Assembly: GCA_024399495.1 (NCBI GenBank)
Contig: JAKSNY010000007.1
Location: 40,516-104,515 of the forward strand
Direction: 5' to 3'
Source of the DNA: Paludibacteraceae bacterium
Lineage (GTDB): Bacteria > Bacteroidota > Bacteroidia > Bacteroidales > Paludibacteraceae
Length of the DNA stretch: 64,000 nucleotides
Part shown: positions 37,076-46,600 of the stretch, piece after piece
How positions within the stretch are numbered: position 1 is the stretch's first letter
Layout: every line of letters begins with the position of its first letter
Translations under genes and position numbers: made by a program
Notes under the pieces: model-generated
Databases searched by the model: none
What the model was told of the DNA's origin: nothing
Seen by the model: only the letters and a program-made list of their open reading frames with translations

Positions 37076-38524
37076 TTAACTTTTAAATTCTTCTGCATCG
37101 TTAAAGTGGTGTTTTACACCGTTAATCTCTTGGTAGGTCTCATGCCCTTTGCCTGCTATTAGGATAATATCCTTATCAGTTGCCATTTTACGTGCCGTCT
37201 TTATGGCTTGAGCCCTGTTTTCTATTACAAGCACCTTGTCTGTATCAGTTTTGTCCACTCCTGCCATCATATCATTAAGGATATCATTAGGATTCTCATT
37301 CCTTGGGTTGTCTGATGTGAGAATTACCGTGTTGCTGCCTCTGACTGCTATCTTTGCCATTTGAGGTCTTTTGCCTTTATCTCTATTGCCTCCGCAGCCA
37401 ACTACTGTAATCAGATTTCCGTATTGCTTGTTTGCAAGTCTTATATCGTTTATTGTATTTATCACATTTTCAAGGGCATCGGGGGTGTGTGCATAGTCTA
37501 TAATGGCACTTTTGCCGTCACCGCTTTTAACTTTCTGGAATCTGCCTGTAACGGGTGTCAGAGCACTTAGCGCCACAAGTATGTCATGTGGCTTTACCTG
37601 CAGTAGATATGCCGCCCCGAATACTGCGGTCAGGTTTGCCGCATTAAATCTGCCAACAAAACTCAGATATGCCTCTATGTTGTTTATTTTTAATAACATA
37701 CCATCAAAGCCCAACTCTATTATATTACATTTGAAATCTGCAAGGGTGGTGGTGCTGTAGGTATATTTGTTTGCCTTGGTGTTCTGCAACATTACATTGC
37801 CGTTTCTGTCATCAAGGTTTGTAAGTGCGAACGCTGTGGCTGGCAGGTTGTCAAAAAACTTTTTCTTAGCCTTAAGATAACCGTCCATAGTCTTGTGGTA
37901 ATCCAGGTGGTCTCTTGTAAGGTTTGTAAAGATGCCTCCGTCAAACCTGAGCCCTGCTATGCGGTTTTGGTCTATGGCGTGGCTGCTAACCTCCATAAAT
38001 ACTCTGGAACAGCCTGCTTCAGCCATTTTTGCCATAAGTGAGTTTAGCTCAATAGGGTCTGGAGTGGTGTGTGTGCTTGGATACTCCTCATCGTCCACCA
38101 TATTGCAGACTGTGGATATTAGGCCTGTCTTATAGCCTAATTTCTTAAATAGTCTGTAAAGTACAGTGGCTATTGTGGTTTTTCCGTTGGTTCCTGTAAC
38201 TCCCACAAGTATCATCTTGTCTGACGGTCTGCCATAATACGCCGATGCAACCTCGCCTAATGTAATTGAACTGTCTTTGACTTGAATGTATGTTACATTG
38301 TCTTTAATTATAGGCGGAATTGTGTTGCAAATAATTGCAACCGCTCCGTTTGCTATCGCTGTATCTATAAACAGGTGCCCATCGGTAGATACCCCTGAAA
38401 CGGCAATAAACAGTGAGCCCTGTTCCGCTTTTCTGGAGTCAAAACATACGCTTGAAACCTCTCTGTCAAGGACTCCGATATGTTTTACAATATCAATATC
38501 TGCTATAAGTGTGCTTAGTTTCAT
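37076..38524 (-). CDS. murE: UDP-MurNAc-tripeptide synthetase (meso-DAP- or Lys-adding)
   Basis: 482 aa with P-loop GVTGTNGKTT and a TSDNPRNE motif. It occupies the dcw position and overlaps the ftsI stop by 1 nt. Confidence 0.9.
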   Translation of the reverse strand: MKLSTLIADIDIVKHIGVLDREVSSVCFDSRKAEQGSLFIAVSGVSTDGHLFIDTAIANGAVAIICNTIPPIIKDNVTYIQVKDSSITLGEVASAYYGRPSDKMILVGVTGTNGKTTIATVLYRLFKKLGYKTGLISTVCNMVDDEEYPSTHTTPDPIELNSLMAKMAEAGCSRVFMEVSSHAIDQNRIAGLRFDGGIFTNLTRDHLDYHKTMDGYLKAKKKFFDNLPATAFALTNLDDRNGNVMLQNTKANKYTYSTTTLADFKCNIIELGFDGMLLKINNIEAYLSFVGRFNAANLTAVFGAAYLLQVKPHDILVALSALTPVTGRFQKVKSGDGKSAIIDYAHTPDALENVINTINDIRLANKQYGNLITVVGCGGNRDKGKRPQMAKIAVRGSNTVILTSDNPRNENPNDILNDMMAGVDKTDTDKVLVIENRAQAIKTARKMATDKDIILIAGKGHETYQEINGVKHHFNDAEEFKS

Positions 38525-40629
38525 TATTCCAGTTCAAGTATTATCTCTTTTATGTTTGCTGTTTCTGTGCCAGGTGTAACAGATTGTTTGGTAATTCTGC
38601 CTGCACCGTGTATCCTGACTTTAAGACCTCGGACTTCCATTAAATAGAGTGCTTCTGACGCTGTGAGTCCTGTTAAATCGGGTACTATGTCTGCATCGGT
38701 GTTATGTAATGTGCGTTCCTGCTCCATTGCCACCTCTTTGGTCATGGCATCTTTAATGCTGTCTTTTGCCCATACCGGAATCTCTCCACCAGATAGGATA
38801 TAAGCCCTTTCTGCTATATCCTTAAACACTTTGCCACACATCTTGCCGGCTGAGGCTCCATGTTTGGGCTCTCTTATATATACAAGGCAAGAGTACATCG
38901 GGTTGTCTGCAGGAAAATAGCCACAGAACGTAATCTGATGCCTTACGTGTCCTTCTGCATTTCTGTTTGTACCATGCTCAAATATCTGGGAGGTGCCAGT
39001 CTTGCCCGCTATCTTAAATAGTTTTGACTGCACATCTTTTGCAGTACCCTTGCTTACAACGCCTTCAAGGATTTTCTGCATCTTGCCAAGAGTCTCCTTT
39101 TTACAGATGGCATCGTTTATGACTGTTACAGGCATCACCTTTACGCTGTCTCCAGGTCCCTTTATCTGTGATACAAACATAGGCTTTACCATAGTGCCGC
39201 CGTTTGCTATGGCATTATATAGCATAAGAGTGTAGATAGGTGGTACTACAATCTCATAACCTATTGACATCCAAGGTAGTGATGTTTTAGACCAAGCCCT
39301 GTTATCGGTATCCTTTATCTTTACTCTTGCATGACCGGGTATCTCCAAATCTATGGGTTGGTCAAATTTGGTCTTATGTATGAGGTCTATAAACCGTTGC
39401 GGATTGCGTCCGTAATGTTTCTCTATAAGGGCAGACACTCCTACGTTTGATGACTGGTACATGACAGTGGGCACGTCTATGACTCCAAATCCTGCCCGAT
39501 GTCCTACAGTCCAGTCATTCATTCTTCTACCTGCAAACTCACACCAACCGTTGCCTGTATCTACGGTGGTTGTGGTGTCAATAACGCCATCGTCCATTGC
39601 CACCATAAACGACATTGTCTTAAAGGTGGAGCCTGGGTCTATTTCTGAACCGGCCGCTATGTTTGTAACTTCTGTGTAGTTGCCGTTTTTTGTTCTTGAT
39701 ATGTTTGCAATGGCTTTTATTTGCCCAGTAGCCACTTCCATAAGAATAGCGCAGCCAAAATCGGCATCATCTTTTTCAAGCTCTGCTTTTAGTGATAATT
39801 CCGCTGTCTCTTGCAATTTTAGATTTATGGTGCTTATGATATCCTTGCCGTCTTGGGCACGTGCTAATATGATATCCGTTTTTCTGCCCGCTTTTTTCTC
39901 TGTTATTTTGAGTCCGTTTATACCTTTTAACTCATTGTTATATCTTTTTTCTAATCCGCTTGAGCCGCCTTTTTCATAAATGCCGTATATATCCCCAATG
40001 GTTCGTTTTGCCAATATGCCAAAAGGATTCACCCTTACCACTCTGGTCTCTGTGCTGAATCCTCCTTGTATTTGTCCTCGTCTTAAAATTGGGAATTGTC
40101 TAACTTCAAGATAGTCTGTGTAAGACACCCTTTTAGGGTATATGCGATACTCGCTAAGTTGCTTTTTATAAGCGTTACGCAAATCTTTTGCATACTGACC
40201 AGGTGTTCTGTCTTTGAATTTTCTTGATAGCATCAAGGCAAGTGAATCCACATTGCTTTCAAAGAACGTGACCCCGGTCTTTTTGTTCTTCTGCTTGAAC
40301 GATTCCACCCTCATATCCATATATAGGTAGTAAGTGGGTACTGAGCTTGCCATCAGTCTGCCGTCATCACTTAGAATATTTCCTCTTTTTGCCTTGATGG
40401 TATCGGGTGCCGCTTGTTTTGTATGTTGAAGTGAGGTGAGTTTGTCATACTCTTTATATTGCAGATTTATTATTTGAAATGCAATCATAAATGTAAGTCC
40501 TATCATAACTACATATAGTATGGTGTATCTGAGAATCATAGATATATGAGTGTCTTCAGATCTCCAAATGAATACAAGTAGTACAAGTGTCACTACAGTA
40601 ATCAATCCTAGTATGATAAGAATAAACAT
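38524..40629 (-). CDS. ftsI: Class B penicillin-binding protein (PBP3/FtsI-type transpeptidase)
   Basis: 701 aa with an N-terminal TM anchor. The transpeptidase motifs are GSTFKT (SxxK), SSN and KTGTS. A C-terminal PASTA-like extension is present. Confidence 0.88.
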   Translation of the reverse strand: MFILIILGLITVVTLVLLVFIWRSEDTHISMILRYTILYVVMIGLTFMIAFQIINLQYKEYDKLTSLQHTKQAAPDTIKAKRGNILSDDGRLMASSVPTYYLYMDMRVESFKQKNKKTGVTFFESNVDSLALMLSRKFKDRTPGQYAKDLRNAYKKQLSEYRIYPKRVSYTDYLEVRQFPILRRGQIQGGFSTETRVVRVNPFGILAKRTIGDIYGIYEKGGSSGLEKRYNNELKGINGLKITEKKAGRKTDIILARAQDGKDIISTINLKLQETAELSLKAELEKDDADFGCAILMEVATGQIKAIANISRTKNGNYTEVTNIAAGSEIDPGSTFKTMSFMVAMDDGVIDTTTTVDTGNGWCEFAGRRMNDWTVGHRAGFGVIDVPTVMYQSSNVGVSALIEKHYGRNPQRFIDLIHKTKFDQPIDLEIPGHARVKIKDTDNRAWSKTSLPWMSIGYEIVVPPIYTLMLYNAIANGGTMVKPMFVSQIKGPGDSVKVMPVTVINDAICKKETLGKMQKILEGVVSKGTAKDVQSKLFKIAGKTGTSQIFEHGTNRNAEGHVRHQITFCGYFPADNPMYSCLVYIREPKHGASAGKMCGKVFKDIAERAYILSGGEIPVWAKDSIKDAMTKEVAMEQERTLHNTDADIVPDLTGLTASEALYLMEVRGLKVRIHGAGRITKQSVTPGTETANIKEIILELE

Positions 40630-40982
40630 TATTTAATTATAACCGGATATGGAGGTGTGTCCAAATTTTCCAAATTCAGCCCCTTCTCTTTTATAAGTTT
40701 CTCTATTTCACGCTGCTGTCCTACCTCTAGTAATTCCGAGGCCGTTATTATATATATATACCTTTCTGTTGTGAGTTTTTTGTTAAGATTATCTATTTTA
40801 GTTAACATCTGCTCGCATTTCATTCTGTTATCCATGTATATGAATACACATACTATTATTAAAAGAACTAATTTGCTTTGCCTAATCATAAACTCCTTCA
40901 TAAAAATTCTGCCGCTTGCAAAATCTTTGATAGAGATGCTTTTAACAAATCTGTTGTTCGCTATTTTTTTGAAAAAGTTCAT
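40629..40982 (-). CDS. FtsL-like small bitopic division protein
   Basis: 117 aa with a single TM segment (LVLLIIVCVFIYM) followed by a coiled-coil-like segment. It sits between rsmH and ftsI. Confidence 0.6.
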   Translation of the reverse strand: MNFFKKIANNRFVKSISIKDFASGRIFMKEFMIRQSKLVLLIIVCVFIYMDNRMKCEQMLTKIDNLNKKLTTERYIYIITASELLEVGQQREIEKLIKEKGLNLENLDTPPYPVIIK

Positions 40983-40992
40983 AATCCTGCCT

Positions 40993-41892
40993 TTAGTTTC
41001 TTTCTGCTACCCTCAGTTTTGCACTGCGGGAGCGTGGGTTGCGTTCAATTTCTGCATCAGACGGTATTATTATCTTTCCAATCGGGGTGAAGGGGGCTAT
41101 TGCATTCCCATAAAAATCTTTTTCTAAATTTCCCTCAAAATTCCCTGATTTAATAAAGTTTTTAACCAATCTGTCCTCTAATGAGTGATATGTAATGATT
41201 GCCAGCCTGCCTTTTGGCCTTAATGCTTTTGTGGTTTCAAGAAGCATTGCTTTTAAGGAACCCAATTCATCATTGACCTCTATCCGCAACGCCTGAAATA
41301 TCTTTGCCAAATCTTTTTTCTTATCTTTGCCGCAAAAACGCTCAACAATTTGTGTAAATTCAAAAATTGTATCAATGCTTTTTAAAGAGCGTTTTTTCAC
41401 TATCTCGGCAGCCAATCGTTTGGATTGAGGCAATTCCCCATAATAATAGAATATGTCAGACAACTGAGATTCTTGATAGTTATTAATCATATATGCCGCC
41501 GTTAAATCTGAATCTTGATTCATTCTCATATCCAGTGGTCCGTCAAATCTGAAAGAGAATCCCCTTTGACACTCGTCAAAATGGTGTGATGATACGCCCA
41601 AGTCTGCAATTATGCCGTCAAATGCCTCTATTCCATAGTATTTGGCAAAATTTGTAAGATACCTGAAATTGCTTAGGGCAAATATTATTCTATTGTCGTT
41701 TGGAATGTTTGCAATGGCGTCCTTGTCTCTGTCGAATACAAGCAATTTCCCGTTTTGTCCTAAATTTTCAAGTATCGCCCTTGAATGACCACCTCCACCG
41801 AATGTAAGGTCTGCATATATGCCGTTTTTATTGATATTGAGGGCGTTGACACTCTCTTCAAGAAGAACGGGTATATGGTAGGATTCTGTCAT
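40993..41892 (-). CDS. rsmH: 16S rRNA (cytosine1402-N4)-methyltransferase
   Basis: 299 aa with the N-terminus HIPVLLEESV and SAM-binding motifs DLTFGGGGHS and ADLGVSS. Confidence 0.92.
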   Translation of the reverse strand: MTESYHIPVLLEESVNALNINKNGIYADLTFGGGGHSRAILENLGQNGKLLVFDRDKDAIANIPNDNRIIFALSNFRYLTNFAKYYGIEAFDGIIADLGVSSHHFDECQRGFSFRFDGPLDMRMNQDSDLTAAYMINNYQESQLSDIFYYYGELPQSKRLAAEIVKKRSLKSIDTIFEFTQIVERFCGKDKKKDLAKIFQALRIEVNDELGSLKAMLLETTKALRPKGRLAIITYHSLEDRLVKNFIKSGNFEGNLEKDFYGNAIAPFTPIGKIIIPSDAEIERNPRSRSAKLRVAERN

Positions 41893-41893
41893 A

Positions 41894-42352
41894 CTAATCT
41901 GCGTTATCGCTGTTTTTCTTCATTAAAATCTCAAGCTCTTTGGCAAAATCATCGGGTGATATGAATGTCTCTTCAATCTTGCCGGCGGGCCAAATCTCTA
42001 TAGTGGTGTCGCTGCCCACAAAGCGAATGTCTGATTTAATGCCTAACGCATCTATGTAACGGCGTGGTATCAACATTCTGCCGTTCTCTTCAAGTTCTAT
42101 CCTGTCAGCTTCTGATACAAACTGACGGAATATCTGTCCTTGCTGACGATTCCAGTTATTCAATTGCATCTTCAATCTTGATACAATTTCGTTCCATGCG
42201 TCTTCCGTATAGAGTACCAAACAATTGCAAAAAATATCTTTACGTAATATAAAGTTCTTACAATCATCAAGTTGCTTGCGTAGTTGCACAGGTAGAAACG
42301 CTCTCCCTTTGGAATCAACTCTTGCGTCTATATTTCCTATCAATGATTGCAT
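41894..42352 (-). CDS. mraZ: Transcriptional regulator MraZ
   Basis: 152 aa with two SpoVT/AbrB-like repeats carrying VDSKGRAFLP and EENGRMLIP. It is the first gene of the dcw cluster. Confidence 0.9.
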   Translation of the reverse strand: MQSLIGNIDARVDSKGRAFLPVQLRKQLDDCKNFILRKDIFCNCLVLYTEDAWNEIVSRLKMQLNNWNRQQGQIFRQFVSEADRIELEENGRMLIPRRYIDALGIKSDIRFVGSDTTIEIWPAGKIEETFISPDDFAKELEILMKKNSDNAD

Positions 42353-42415
42353 AAAACACTTCTATTTTAAATTTGGGTGTAAAGGTATTGTATTTTTCTC
42401 CACTTTGCAACTTTT

Positions 42416-42435
42416 TTAGACACAATTAGACACAA
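42416..42435. promoter_or_regulatory. Perfect 10-bp direct repeat x2 (ttagacacaa ttagacacaa) in the mraZ / N-acyltransferase divergent control region
   Basis: Read directly from the sequence. It lies 64-83 nt upstream of the mraZ ATG with a one-helical-turn period. Operator function is an inference. Confidence 0.35.
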
Positions 42436-42502
42436 AAGTTATTAACAATTCAACAGAAAGTGTGAGAAATGTTAAAAAATTTTTTTTGTTAAAGATTTTT
42501 TT

Positions 42503-42510
42503 TATCTTTG
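42503..42510 (+). promoter_or_regulatory. -7 box TAtcTTTG for the N-acyltransferase gene
   Basis: TATCTTTG ends only 8 nt before the ATG at 42519, which implies a nearly leaderless mRNA. Confidence 0.45.
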
Positions 42511-42518
42511 CACCCGAT

Positions 42519-43475
42519 ATGGAGCAAGTAATTGAACGTGTTAAAAGAGAGCTTATTTTGGCGGAACTTACACCTGATAAGTTTTTAAGACATACCAATA
42601 AGGGTGGTAATGAGATTTATGTCACCACGGCTGCCGAATCTCCCAATATTATGCGTGAGATTGGAAGGCTTAGAGAGTTGTCGTTTCGTATCCCTGGTGG
42701 TGGTTCAGGAAAGGCTCTTGATGTAGATGAGTTTGATACTATGAAAAGGCCATACAAACAGTTGTTTGTTTGGGATCCTGTCAATCAAGAAATTCTTGGA
42801 GGGTATAGGTTTATACATGGCAGAGATGTTACATACGATGCCAATGGTCAGCCAATGTTTGCCACTGCTGAATTATTTAGGTTTTCAGAAAAATTTAAGA
42901 AAGAGTACATACCTGTAACTTTGGAATTGGGAAGATCCTTTGTACATCCTGACTACCAGGCCACAAAAATGGGTACGAAGAGTATCTTCGCACTTGATAA
43001 TCTATGGGATGGATTGGGCGCAATTATGATTACTGAGAAAAATACCAAATATTTATTTGGCAAGGTAACAGTATATCAGCAATATAATGCGGATGCAAGG
43101 AATTTGATATTTGCTTTTATTGATAAATATTTTCACGATACAGAGAATCTTGTAGTTGCAATGTGTCCGTTGGACAATCCAATTTCAAGAGAGATAGCTA
43201 ATGAAATCTTTAATGCAGGTGATTACAAAGAGGATTTTAAATTGCTAAATCATAAAGTTAGAGAATTGGGCGTGAACGTTCCTCCTCTTGTTAATGCTTA
43301 TATAGGATTGGCTCCTTGTATGAAAACATTCGGGGCGTCATATTGTAAATCTCTAGGTGGAGTCATAGAGTTTGGATTGCTTATTCCGCAGGATCAGATT
43401 TACGAGGAGAAAAAATGCCGTCATATTGAGTCTTTCCTTGCCGAAAGAAACGAAAGAACCAAGTCTAATCTATAA
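42519..43475 (+). CDS. OlsB/GlsB-like GNAT N-acyltransferase (lipoamino-acid, e.g. glycine- or ornithine-lipid, synthesis)
   Basis: 318 aa from MEQVIERVK. The blocks REIGRLRELSFR, GGYRF and ELGRSFVHPDYQ are typical of the hemolysin-like N-acyltransferase family. The track start at 42462 lies upstream of the promoter box. Confidence 0.65.
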   Translation: MEQVIERVKRELILAELTPDKFLRHTNKGGNEIYVTTAAESPNIMREIGRLRELSFRIPGGGSGKALDVDEFDTMKRPYKQLFVWDPVNQEILGGYRFIHGRDVTYDANGQPMFATAELFRFSEKFKKEYIPVTLELGRSFVHPDYQATKMGTKSIFALDNLWDGLGAIMITEKNTKYLFGKVTVYQQYNADARNLIFAFIDKYFHDTENLVVAMCPLDNPISREIANEIFNAGDYKEDFKLLNHKVRELGVNVPPLVNAYIGLAPCMKTFGASYCKSLGGVIEFGLLIPQDQIYEEKKCRHIESFLAERNERTKSNL

Positions 43476-43498
43476 AAAACATATAAAATATCTAAAAA

Positions 43499-43531
43499 AA
43501 ACACCCTGTTTTTGTAATAGGGTGTTTTTTT
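43499..43531 (+). terminator. Rho-independent terminator
   Basis: The hairpin acaccct-gtttttgtaat-agggtgt is followed by T7. Confidence 0.75.
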
Positions 43532-43567
43532 ATGCCTGATTAGTTTGAATATTTGCGTAAAATTGCC

Positions 43568-43575
43568 TATTTTTG
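43568..43575 (+). promoter_or_regulatory. -7 box TAttTTTG for the giant adhesin operon
   Basis: TATTTTTG lies 28 nt upstream of the ATG at 43603. Confidence 0.5.
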
Positions 43576-43602
43576 TAATCTTTAATATATACTGCGATAA
43601 CT

Positions 43603-46600
43603 ATGAGAAAATCATATATTCTATCATTGTTGATGGGCTTGTTTTTACTTGCCACTCCCACTGAATTATATGCCGTATATACACTGGCTGTTTTTCCCAC
43701 ATCATCGCCAGTTAATGTTCAGTATTTCACTTTTGAGAACGCTGGTACAAATGTACCTGATGAGATGGTGGCGTATGGCTCTGTTTCTGGTGAATGGAAT
43801 GATTATAGTTATTGGGTAGGTGTTGATAATCAGCAGGTTGGTGGTATTTCAGAGGTTAAAACGCTAAGTTCATTAGGTGCTTGCATAACTGGAATTTTCA
43901 GTGTCAATATATACTCTTCTCATACATACGATAAAAATTACTATCCGCATCAGTTCCGTCAATTGGATGACACTCAATTCATATATGGTGTGGCATGTTG
44001 GGTGGCTACGCTTACAGAGGGGTGTACCGCAGGTGACCCAAATACAGCCGGCAGTCATGTGTTTACAGGAAGCAACACTACATTTGAATATGAATTCCCT
44101 GTCGATATAACATACGCTACCTTCAAAATCTTAAAGTCAACCAACGGTAGTGACTGGGGTTGGGACGCAGGGCAAGTAGGACATCCGCAATCAGGTACAG
44201 TATTGAAAGCGGGTCTCAATGTAATTATAACAGATAATGGAGCTGGTAATATCAGCCTCAATCTTCCAGGGGTTAAAAGGGGGGATAAGGTGTCTCTTAA
44301 TATGGCAAAAGAAGGTGCCATATATACTTTGGATGCGTATTATGTGCCAACGCCTGTTGTAACGCAGATAGGCGACGGATGTAACAAACTGATATTTAGA
44401 ATAGATTCATACGATACTTCTAAATATACGCAACACTTCACTTTGAATGGTACGCCTATAACTTTCACTGGTAACCAATATGAAGTTGTCAACCCTGTTC
44501 GTGGTCAAAACTATACGGTAAAGGGGTATTTTACAGATACTGATAATTGGGCTGGTTATGAGGCAAGTCTTACATCATCGCTTCCCACTCTTGTGGAGAA
44601 ACCCATAGTTACGGCTTCTACAGCCGTATGTAACGTTCCTATTACCTATACATTGGTTAATCCTAGTCCGGATGTTAATTACACGTGGAAATTGAACGGA
44701 ACATCAGTAAAGCCGCAAGATAACAAATACACGCTTGTGTCTCCAACATCCGGTGTGGAGTATAAAATGGAGATTACCGCTTTTGACGGTTGCTCAGAGC
44801 AGACATCCGACCCTGTGAGCCGCATATATAAGGAGTCACCGGAAACTCCTGTGCTGAAAAGCCAATTTTCTTGCGGAACCGCACCTGTTTTTACTGTAAC
44901 AAATTATAATTCAGATAATTCTTATAGTTGGTTTGTGAACGGAGGTCTTGTTACGGCATCGGGTGATACATATACAGTGGAAGATGGAAAACTTGAAAAC
45001 AAGAAGGTATATACAGTCAAGGTAACGGCAATTAAAGATGGTTGTGAATCTCAAACATCGGAGATAACAAACGCATACATAAAAAACCCCGATAAACCAG
45101 AGTTATCAGCAAATTCAGGTTGCGGAGACCCTGTGGTGTTTACGTTAACATCTAAAGACCCTTATTCCACGTATTCATGGGTTTTAAACGGTACTGCAGT
45201 AACTCCTTCCGGTAATTCGTATAGTGTTTCCAACCCTATTGATGGACAAACTTACACAATGAATGTAACTGCCTCAACCTCTACAGATGACGGTTCTTTC
45301 GGCCCGTGCGTATCTGCGGTGGAGACAAAATCACAAACTTATCAACTAAGTCCTTCTGCCCCTACGGTATCTCCATACAGTGCCTGTGCGATAGCAGGAA
45401 CAGGAAGTTGGTCTTCTTTGGTTCAAAAAGGGGCTGGTATGTCGCTGGCTTGGTATGAGAGTCAGGTGTCTGCGGATGAGATACCAGAGCCTGCAGAATT
45501 CAATATGGCAGAGGCTGGAACCAAAAGTTATTGGGTGGCTCAAAAAACGGCATCGGGTTGTTATAGCACAAGAGTTGAGGTAAAGGTAACTGTTATAGAA
45601 TTGCCAAATAAACCAATATCTATTCCGTATGCCGCTTGTCCTACCGCTACAACCGAGACTCAGGAGTGGTCATCACTTGTAAATGCAACAGGTACATTAA
45701 AATGGTATGCTACAGAAACTTCCACCACACCTACCCAGGTTACAACTTTTGATAAGAGCAAGACACAAACCGCATCATATTGGGTTTCACAAGTATCTAC
45801 GGACGGTTGCGAAAGTAAAAGAGCAGAGGTTACCGTTACGGTTTATCAAAATCCACAAGTACCTACAGTGACAAATTATAGGGATTGTCAAATGTCAGGT
45901 TATGGCAAATGGGCTGATTTGGTTACACACATCGGGGAGTTGAGATGGTATGAATCAGAAACCTCTGCCGCTCAAATGGCATCTGTGCCGGATTTTGACA
46001 AGAATGTTGTAGGAGATAGATTTTATTGGGTTTCACAGTTGTCAGACAAGGGTTGCGAGAGCAAGAGAGTCAAAGTGTCAGCAAGTGTTCTTAGCAAACC
46101 TACTGTGTATGCTGGTTTGAATCAAAAAATATGTTCTGGAACTGCAGTTGTTTTGGGAGAGGCGATAACTCCGTCTGAAGAGATATTGTATACTTGGGAA
46201 CCGGCAAGTTTACTTGAAAATCCTACTGTCCCCAATCCTATTACCAGGGCGTTGTCTGCAACCACAGAGTTCACAGCAACAGCATATAATAAATATTTGA
46301 GTTCATGTTCATCGACATCATCGGTTATAGTAACGGTAGTGGATAAGCCTGTAGCGGAGTTAGTTAATGGCATAGTACCTGTATGTAGCGGAGGTTCTGC
46401 GTCTTTTGAGAATATTGAAAATGAGAGTGACGTATCATATTCGTGGACTCCAGTATCCCTTATACAAGGTTCTGCCATATCATATAAAATGATTACCAAA
46501 CCTGTGACAGAGGATACCAAGTTCACGCTGGTTGCATCACGGAAATTATCAACTACAGAAACTTGCGATTCTCAGGTTGAGGCTACTGCAACTGTGGTTC

